DNA of 64,000 bases from Rebecca billardiae RCC1528 (Eukaryota > Protista > Haptophyta): assembly GCA_965240325.2 (NCBI GenBank), contig OZ251239.1:1-64000 (forward strand), read 5' to 3'. Under the pieces are notes generated by a model. That model searched no databases, was not told the origin of the DNA, and worked only from the letters and a program-made list of their open reading frames with translations. Both the position numbers and the translations under genes were made by a program. Of this stretch, positions 56,837-64,000 are shown piece after piece; position 1 is the stretch's first letter, and every line of letters begins with the position of its first letter.

Positions 56837-58384
56837 ATGGCGGCATCACCGGTCGAGGCGCACGCGAGGAGAGGGCGCAGGCGCGGGCGAAGGCGCGGCG
56901 CGCTCCTGCTCGTCGCGCTGTACGCGCCACGCGCGCCGGCCCCCTACTGCCCGAACGAGCCGATCGCGCCGACGGGCGCCGCGCACGCGCTGCGCGCGCA
57001 CCACGCGCGGCTGCTCGAGCGGTGCGCGTTCCGCGCGCTCGGCGGCGCCGAGGGCGACGGGGCCGGCGCGCGCGCGCCACGCGACCTGCGCCGGCCCGAG
57101 TCGTACGGCCCCGACGCGCTGCCGCGGTACGAGGACGAGGACTGGCCCAAGCCCGCGCGCTGCACGCCGCTCGCGCGCCGGCCTCGGCCGTGGTTCATGT
57201 GCAGGCTGTCCGAGTATTTCTCGATCACGCCCGACGGGCGCGCGGCGCTGATCGGCGTGCCCAAGGCGGGCGTGACGAGCCTCAAGGTGTTCTGGCGCTG
57301 CACCTTCGGCACGCGCAAGCGCACGCCCGAGTTCGGCTGCGGCAAGCGCGCGCGCGCGCCTCCGCCCGCGTGGGCCGTGCTGGCGGGCATGGCGCGCGAG
57401 CCGGTCGGCCGGCTGGTCGCGGCATACGGCGAGGTGCTGGGGCTGCTCACGCACCGCATGCGGCGCGCGGAGGACGGGCGGGCGGTGCGCGTGCCCGACG
57501 TGGAGGACCTGCGCGCGCTGCTCTACTCGCTCGGACTCGCGCCGCCCGCGCGCCGCCAGGAGGCGTACTCGCCGCCGCCCTCGTGCAAAGGCGGCGGCGG
57601 CGCGGCGGCCGCCGCCGAGCCGCCCGCGCGCGCGGCGGCGCGCGGCGGCGGCGGCGGCGGCGCGCGCGCGCGGCGGAGGGCGCGGCGGCGGCTGTGGACC
57701 AACTTCCCGCGCACGCAGGCCTTCAACGTGACGCCGTCCGAGCGCGACGCGCGCGTCCGCCTCGTCCGCTCCTCCGAGGCCGGCTGGCTGCTCGCCGGGC
57801 TGCGAGGCGCCGTGCCGCTCGCAGCGGGGCCGGGTGTGCAGACGGTGCGCGGCGTGGCAGTGGACGAGCGCGCGCGCTTCCGCGCCTTCCTGCGCGCGCT
57901 CGAGTGCGGCGCGCGGTACCAGTACTGGCACCACGCGGCGAGCGCGTGCGGCACGATGGCCGAGACGCCGCGCTTCGCCAGCGCGACGGCGCGCACCGCC
58001 AGCGCGTGCGTCGCCCCCGCCGCGGCCCCCGCCAACGTGAGCGTGCTGCTGCGCACGGAGACGCTGGAGGCGGACGCGCGCGCGCTCGTGCGCGCGCTGC
58101 TCGGCGCGGGCAAAGGGGGCGCGCTCGCGGGCGCGCGCAAGGGGTGCCCGCTGTACCACGTGAACCCGAGCAAGCTCGGCGCCGACGCCGCGTCCGCCGC
58201 CGCGGCCGCCGAGCGCGCGTCCGCCGCCGCGACCAACGCGCACGGCATGCCGACGGCCGCGTCGCTGCGCGCGCTGCTGCACGCTGAGCCCGAGCTGATG
58301 CGCGTCGTGTGCCGCGTGTACTACCAGGACTACGCGTGCCTGGGGTACGAGCTCCCGCCCGCGTGCCGGGAGCGCATCTGCTGA
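56837..58384 (+). CDS. Carbohydrate sulfotransferase (Sulfotransfer_2 / CHST-like)
   Basis: VPKAGVTSLK (5'-PSB), REPVGRLVAAY (3'-PB), LRTETLEAD, HVNPS, RVYYQDYACLGY. An alternative in-frame ATG lies at 56792. Confidence 0.85.
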   Translation: MAASPVEAHARRGRRRGRRRGALLLVALYAPRAPAPYCPNEPIAPTGAAHALRAHHARLLERCAFRALGGAEGDGAGARAPRDLRRPESYGPDALPRYEDEDWPKPARCTPLARRPRPWFMCRLSEYFSITPDGRAALIGVPKAGVTSLKVFWRCTFGTRKRTPEFGCGKRARAPPPAWAVLAGMAREPVGRLVAAYGEVLGLLTHRMRRAEDGRAVRVPDVEDLRALLYSLGLAPPARRQEAYSPPPSCKGGGGAAAAAEPPARAAARGGGGGGARARRRARRRLWTNFPRTQAFNVTPSERDARVRLVRSSEAGWLLAGLRGAVPLAAGPGVQTVRGVAVDERARFRAFLRALECGARYQYWHHAASACGTMAETPRFASATARTASACVAPAAAPANVSVLLRTETLEADARALVRALLGAGKGGALAGARKGCPLYHVNPSKLGADAASAAAAAERASAAATNAHGMPTAASLRALLHAEPELMRVVCRVYYQDYACLGYELPPACRERIC

Positions 58385-59448
58385 GCAGGGCCGCCCGGGC
58401 CGGCCTCGCACGGCGGGGCTGGAGGCAGCAGGCACCTCAGACCTGGCCGCGCGGGGCGGAGCGGTGTCAGTGTCACCGGGGCGATCGACGCTTTATATCT
58501 AACAGTAGCCTCAGATGAGTGACGGCACCGTGTCCGTTGCCGGACGAGCACGGCGCAGCCGGGCGGACGCTCGCGGACGGTTCAGAGCCCCTTCGTTCAA
58601 TCGTTCAGCCTGAACGCTCAGCCCAGTCAGCCCCTGCTCCGGCACCAAATGTTGACGCGCCATCGTGGCTCTGCTGGTGCAAAATAATACCCGTACAGCG
58701 CCGGGAGACTCACGGGAGACTCACTCAACTTTAATGGTCGGTCCCGGGCGCAAGGTTGGTGCGCAGGCGACAAGAATTGGCTCACATTTTGCGTCTCGGA
58801 GATCTCCTTCGGACACTCCGCTGGTTGGTTGCGCTCCGCTGCCGCCCGCGCGCGCTAAAATTCATTCTTTAAAATAGGGTTTTCAGTGCACGAAGAACCA
58901 AGCGAAGAACATGACTCCAACGGGCAAAAAAGAGCAAAATCAACAGATTTGCGGAGCTTCCCGTAGGCTATGAAGGGCACGGTGCAGGCGAGTGATGCGG
59001 GCGCTCCATGGCCATGTCGGCCGTCGCGGATGGCGTCAACGCACGCCACATGCTCAAGACACATGCTCACTCGCACACACTTGGGTTGGGCGGGGCGAGA
59101 CCGCGCTCGCGCAGCCGATCGACACTCAACGACGCTTGTGCGTTGCGACTGCTTTGACACAGCGAACGGCAGGGTGCAGACTCGAGATGTGAGGGTCATG
59201 CGGGCTTGGACTCGTAGCCAGTACCCACTGGCGGCAGCCTGCATGCCGCGCGTACTCGTCCGGACGCGAACTCGTACATCGAGCGGCCAAACTGCTGCGC
59301 GAGTCGCCGCCCCAAGTCACAAGCTCGCCATGGATCGCAGAGCCCGCGTAATCTCGGCGCTGTACGGATACCCGCCGGCCGCCGCCGCGGGTTCGTTCAT
59401 TGGTTGAACTTTTTGAACTTGCGTGGACGGACGGCACGCGGGCATACG

Positions 59449-60765
59449 ATGGCGGCGCTCGTTGCGGTCCATGCGCTCGCCCTCGCGCTCGCGCCGCAGC
59501 GGCTCGGCGGGCGCTCGGCGGGCGCGCTCGCGCCACGGCGCGCCACGCCGGTCGCGCCGCCGGTGCGCATGGCGGTGGTCGTCGACCACCGCGCCGTCGC
59601 CGCCGGCCTGTTTGGCAACATGCGCGCGCCCGCGGCGCTGATTGCCGGCGCGGCCGTGCCGATCGCGTTCGGCTTCGCCCTGCCCAAGACGAACTGCACC
59701 GCCCTCGACGATGCGATCGTGCAGCTCGACGCGTTCACGATGACGTGCACGCTGCTCAGCGAGCTGCTCGCCGTCGTCTACGCCACCGTCGCGGTGCGCG
59801 CGGCAGCTCGCGCGCGCGAGCGTCGCCGCTCCCCGCCACCTCGCGAGGGCTGACTCGCGCTGCGGCTGCGCGCGCGTCGTCGTCGTGCTCCGCTGCGCAC
59901 GCCCCCCGCAGGTGAACAAGCTCTCCGAGACGGCGGGGGGCGCGCCCGCCGAGTCCGTGCTTGCGCTGCTGCGCCGCGACTACGAGCTCGAGTGGTGCGG
60001 CGCGGCTGCATGCATGCGCGCCCCTGCACGCGCGCGGCCGCACGCGCCAGCCGCGCGCGCTCCACGCGCCGCGCGGCACGGCCCGCGCTCGCGCAGCGCG
60101 GGGCCGTGGCGCGCGCATGGCGCGGCGGCACGTCCCCCCCGCGCGCGCCGACGCGCCGACGCCCCAACGCGCGCGCGTGTGCGCGCGCGCGTGTGCGCGC
60201 GCGCGTGCGCTCGCCCCCCGGCGTGCTCCGCTCCCCTGCCCGGACTGCCCGCGCTCTGTGCCGCCCCGTCCACCGCCCTCTGCCCGGACTGCCCGCGCTC
60301 TGTGCCGCCCCGTCCACCGCCAGGGCGGGCACCAACTTCCTCTTCCTGCTCGGGCTGTTCGGGCTGGCGGCGGAGGTGGGGATGCGCATGGTGCTCAAGC
60401 TGTGGGCCCAGCCCGGCGCGCGCTGGGTGCCCGCGGCGCTCAGCGCGTCGGCGGCTTGCCTGATGGCCTCGACGGTGAACAGGGGCGTGGCGCGCGGCGA
60501 CGGCAGCGGCAGGGTGCGGCTGGGCGCGTCGTTCGCCTCGCTCGGCGTGCGGTACGTGCGGCTGCTGTGGGCGAGCGTGCGCGGCGGCGGTGGCGAGGGC
60601 GCGGGTCCGGCCGCGCTCGTCGCGCCGGCGCTGCTGCTCGCGGCGGGCGCGGGCGCTGCGACGCTGTGGCGCGCCGCCGCCGCCGCCGTGCGCGCCCTCC
60701 GCGCGTCGTCGCTCGGCTCTGGCCCGACCAGCAGCCGCCGTGACGCGGCAGGCGCGAACTCCTGA
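59449..60765 (+). CDS. Putative plastid-targeted multi-pass membrane protein of unknown function; introns 59794-59911 and 59995-60323
   Basis: Signal peptide plus Arg/Ala/Pro-rich transit-like segment ending in VRM. Splicing gives YATVA|VNKLSE and ELEW|AGTNFLFLLG. Several TM helices. Intron 2 has a ~44-bp tandem duplication near 60236-60321. Confidence 0.75.
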
Positions 60766-61062
60766 GCCCGCGCAGCGAGCCCGCGCAGCGAGCTGCGCGC
60801 ACTCTCACTAGTCTCAGCTCTCGGCGGCGGGCTGCAGCATCACCGGCGGCTCAGCAATTCAGCATCACCGATCGATGTCCGATCACCCGTTCACCGGGAC
60901 CGGCCCGCCCGGACCGGCGGGGCGGATCCGACGAACGAAGCCTGAAGCCTCCGCACCGGACACGCACGCACACGTCACTGGCACTGGCACAGCCGCTTCA
61001 GCACAAACCACGCCGCCTGCAAGTGCCCCTCGATCGTGAGAGCTCGTGGCCATCACCGTCTT

Positions 61063-61152
61063 GTAGCTTACGTACGTTTGTTGCTCTGCTGTGTGCCAAC
61101 CTCGGCAACCTCGACATTCCTCGACATTCCTCGACCTTCCTCGACAACCTCG
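61063..61152 (+). repeat. Copy A of putative element end with CCTCGRCA subrepeats
   Basis: Near-identical to 62972-63044; 9-10-bp units AACCTCGGC/AACCTCGAC/ATTCCTCGAC. Confidence 0.85.
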
Positions 61153-61273
61153 TTGACGGAGCTCGTCTTGTATTTGTCAGTAGGGAAATGCGAGCAGGAT
61201 TCCCCCAGGAACAACGAGCACCTCCGTGCCGCTTGTCCGTCCCGTCCCACCCCGCCGATCCACCCCGGAGACC

Positions 61274-62520
61274 ATGACGACGCGCGCGACGACCAGCGAG
61301 CCGAAGAAGCCGTCGGCGGACGCCCTCCAGGAGCCGCGGGCGACGAAGTCGCAGAAGACGAATGCCACGTCCGACGTCGCCGGCGATGGCGGCGTCACCT
61401 CTGACGGGTTCGGCACGTCGAACCCGGCGTCGGGCGGCCGTGCGCACGGCGGCGCGTGCGGCAAGCGCCCAGCAAGGGAGTGCCCGCAGGCGGAGACTGC
61501 GACGGGCGCTTCGAAGAAGCGCAAGGCCGCGCCCGGCCCCGCTGCCGACGACGCCATCGGCATGCAGTCGCCTGCTGGCAGCACGTCGGCCGGCGGAAGC
61601 AAGGAGCCGCTCCCACCGGCGGCGCAGGCGGTGCAGGACAAGATGCTGAAGCAGGTGTGCGCCGGGCGTGCGCCGCGCGCGCGCACGCTGCTTTGTGCGA
61701 CGGCGCTGACCCACCCCGCACCGCGCATCGCCTGCGCCGTTCAGACCGAGGCGATCAATCGGCTCGCGCAGCAGCGCGCCAAGGCGCTGGAGAAGGCGAC
61801 CGAGCTGAAGCAAACGTCGGTGTCGCTCGGCCCGCCGGCGAACACGTCGTCGTTCGCGCAGGACCACGTCGAGCGCTGCGCGGACAAGAGCAACATCCGC
61901 GTGAACATCGGCGCGCAGATGCCGACGAAGCTCACGTTCGACGTGCGCCGCCAGGTGGTGTTCGGCGTGTACGTCGTGGTGCACCAGGAGGGAGTGCCGG
62001 GCGCCGAGGCCATGTTCAATGAGGGCAAGCACGTGAACAAGAACGGCGAGCAGCGCAGCTTTCTCTACAACGAGGCGCCGTCCATCGAGTACGTGCCGGT
62101 GGCGGATGAGGACGAGCAGTACCGCGTGCGCGTGCGCGCCATCGTGTTCGAGCCGCGCTCGCGCCTGATGGCGGGCCACATCCTGGAGGGCATCAAGACG
62201 GCGCCGCTCGGCTTTGCGCCCATCGTGGGCACGCTCCCGACGGTGGACGAGGTCGACCTGAACATCCCGATCGCGCGCCGCCACTCGCTGATGGCGTTCT
62301 ACGACGTGGACGGCGAGGCGTTCGGCATCTTCGGCGACGACCTCAAGTTCTACATCAAGGCCATCGAGGCGCTGGCGGTTCAGGCTGGCGCCAGCGTGCT
62401 GCAGATCGTGCGCACGCCGATCGAGACGCAGATATGCACTTTGGCGGAGACATCGTGCTGGCCTGCAAGGTGACGACGGCGATCCGTGCTGAGCTGGGCG
62501 TGGCGATCACGGGCATGTGA
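61274..62520 (+). CDS. Unknown protein, probably element-encoded; intron 61655-61744; apparent frameshift near 62430
   Basis: Typical globular composition with GC3 bias and a 90-bp GT..AG intron. The frame stops at 62473, but a GC3-rich continuation DMHFGGDIVLACKVTTAIRAELGVAITGM* in another frame ends at 62520. Confidence 0.65.
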
Positions 62521-62971
62521 GACGGCTGGCAAGACTGTGTGCGGGTGGGTGGGAAGGGGGTCGAGCACGGGTGGGTGGGAAGGGGTTCTGGTGGGCACGT
62601 GGGCCCGCAGTCGGTGATAGGCCCCGCATGCACCGCCGAAGCGGTGTGCGTGTTGCAGCACGCACGGCCGATGCTGCAGCATAGTGACTGCGTGATCGCG
62701 GATAGAATACGACGTCAAGTATGATTTTTAGGGCGCGTGCCGCGCATAGACCGAATGGTGCACAGCCGGCGTGCACTAGCCTGGGGCTGGCAGGCGTCGT
62801 CCAGGCGGGAATGAATAAGTCATTATTCGCGCAGTTATTATTTCAGCTCCGCGGTTGATCCTTGACGATTTTCCAAGCTCGGAGTCGGAGGATCAGCAAC
62901 ATCATCCTCAAGCGTTCTGCGACCTAGGAATCTAGGATCAGCGCAACATCGTCAAACGTGCTGAGACCTAG

Positions 62972-63044
62972 GTAGCTTATATGTACGTTTGTTGCTCTGC
63001 TGTGTGCCAACCTAGGCAACCTCGACATTTCTCGACATTCCTCG
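62972..63044 (+). repeat. Copy A' of putative element end, fused to the truncated helicase
   Basis: GTAGCTTA..GTACGTTTGTTGCTCTGCTGTGTGCCAACCT.GGCAACCTCGACATT.CTCGACATTCCTCG is shared with 61063. Confidence 0.85.
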
Positions 63045-63780
63045 GATCGTACACGACGAGCTTGGCAGCGCCGGGGATGGCCAGCACAGCGTGCAGCTGA
63101 GCTCGCGTGCAGTCATGCGCCTCGTCGAGCAGCACCAGATCGAAGCGCGTGTCGCGTTTGGCGTAGTCGAGTTGGTACAGCTTGAAGAGCACAGCATGCG
63201 TCCGTGCGGCATGTGAGCTGGGGTCCGCCTGGCGCTCCCACATGCGGCGCGCCGAGGCAAGAACAGCGCCGCGGCACCGGGCAAGCGCGGGCAGGTGCGC
63301 GTCGCAGAGGTGCGCGTCGGCCGATGATAGAAACGCACGCAGCGTCGCGCGCACGTCCGTCAAGCTGTCGTCGTCCGGCGCGTCACACGGAAGCACAGCC
63401 ACCTGGTCGGCGATGTGGCCGCCGTGCAGGGCATGCGTCGCCTCGAAAGCCAGAGCGTCGAGCGTGCACACGCGCACGTGCGCCATCGCGGAGCACAGCT
63501 CAGTCTGCTCCGCTGCCGCGCTGCGATTGAACGTCACGAGAACGGTGCGCAGGTGCGGTCGCGCCGCAGCGAACGCGCGCAGCGCGTGTGACTTGCCGGC
63601 ACCTGCAACGGCGAGAATCTTCATCACATCACCGCGCTGCAGGGCGGTGTGCACGATAGCCTCGAGGCTGCCGGGTGGATCGTGGCGAACGAGAGCATGC
63701 AGCAGCACGCTCGACGTCGGGCGTGCGAGCGGAGCGGCAGCCAATCGGCGTCGGCGCGGGCGCGCCGGCCCGGGCGCCAT
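62977..63780 (-). pseudogene. 3'-truncated FBH1/UvrD-like superfamily 1 DNA helicase
   Basis: Walker A KILAVAGAGKS, motif Ia LVTFNRSAA, VCTLDALAF, KLYQL and Walker B FDLVLLDEAHD. The ORF breaks within motif III (KLVVYDP) at ~63043, where repeat A' takes over. Confidence 0.85.
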
Positions 63781-63896
63781 GCAGTAGCCTGCGGTTGGCG
63801 CGTTCAGCTGAGCCAAATCGAAGCGGCGGGCGTGAGGTGGGTTCCGGTGACCAAGGTGGTTCCCCCACGTCGCGATGAGCACGCTCGCCACCGGAC

Positions 63897-63955
63897 TTTG
63901 CCGAGGTTGTCGAGGTTGCCGAGGTGTCGACGTTGGCGAAAACGTAGCAACCGAC
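63897..63955 (-). repeat. Inverted, diverged copy (B) of the CCTCGRCA-array end
   Basis: The reverse complement reads GTTGCTACGTTTTCGCCAACGTCGACACCTCGGCAACCTCGACAACCTCGGCAAA, which aligns with A and A'. Confidence 0.7.
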
Positions 63956-64000
63956 CCATCCGACCTCAAAGGTATTGCGTCTGCTAACCCGCTCAGAATG

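Noticed and set aside
58700-59400. Lower-GC stretch as a possible element or RNA gene
   Set aside because: No TIR, TSD, RNA fold or convincing ORF was found by eye.
62755-62782. Helitron 3' end (GTGCAC hairpin plus CTAG)
   Set aside because: CTAG overlaps the stem and is followed by C rather than T, there is no Rep domain, and the helicase is UvrD-like rather than PIF1-like.

Overview
This window is the left end of a very GC-rich eukaryotic chromosome. The TTAGGG telomere, short CG-rich GT..AG introns, bipartite plastid-targeting peptide and gene content fit a haptophyte, for example Pavlovales; this is inference. The first 15 kb contain a (CCCTAA)n telomere (1-~745), ~35-36 copies of a 183-bp satellite carrying a telomere seed, a second ~189-bp satellite, a non-autonomous Ac-like hAT element and a decayed ~1.85-kb duplication. 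A gene-dense block follows (15-50 kb): sulfotransferase, amino-acid transporter, SDR, VPS11, hybrid histidine kinase, VPS9-domain protein, senescence/spartin-PH protein, phospholipase B-like lipase, a PA-7TM-TIR/HET-like receptor candidate and AK9-like. This block also holds a 42-bp mini-element and a perfect 1.08-kb foldback element. Next come a transposon island (50-54 kb), a head-to-head TBL O-acetyltransferase/sulfotransferase pair and a plastid-targeted membrane protein. The window ends in a candidate two-gene mobile element with an unknown ORF and an FBH1/UvrD-like helicase. Most long Arg/Ala/Pro-rich ORFs in the supplied track are GC-bias shadows. All domain calls are by eye from motifs; no searches were run.
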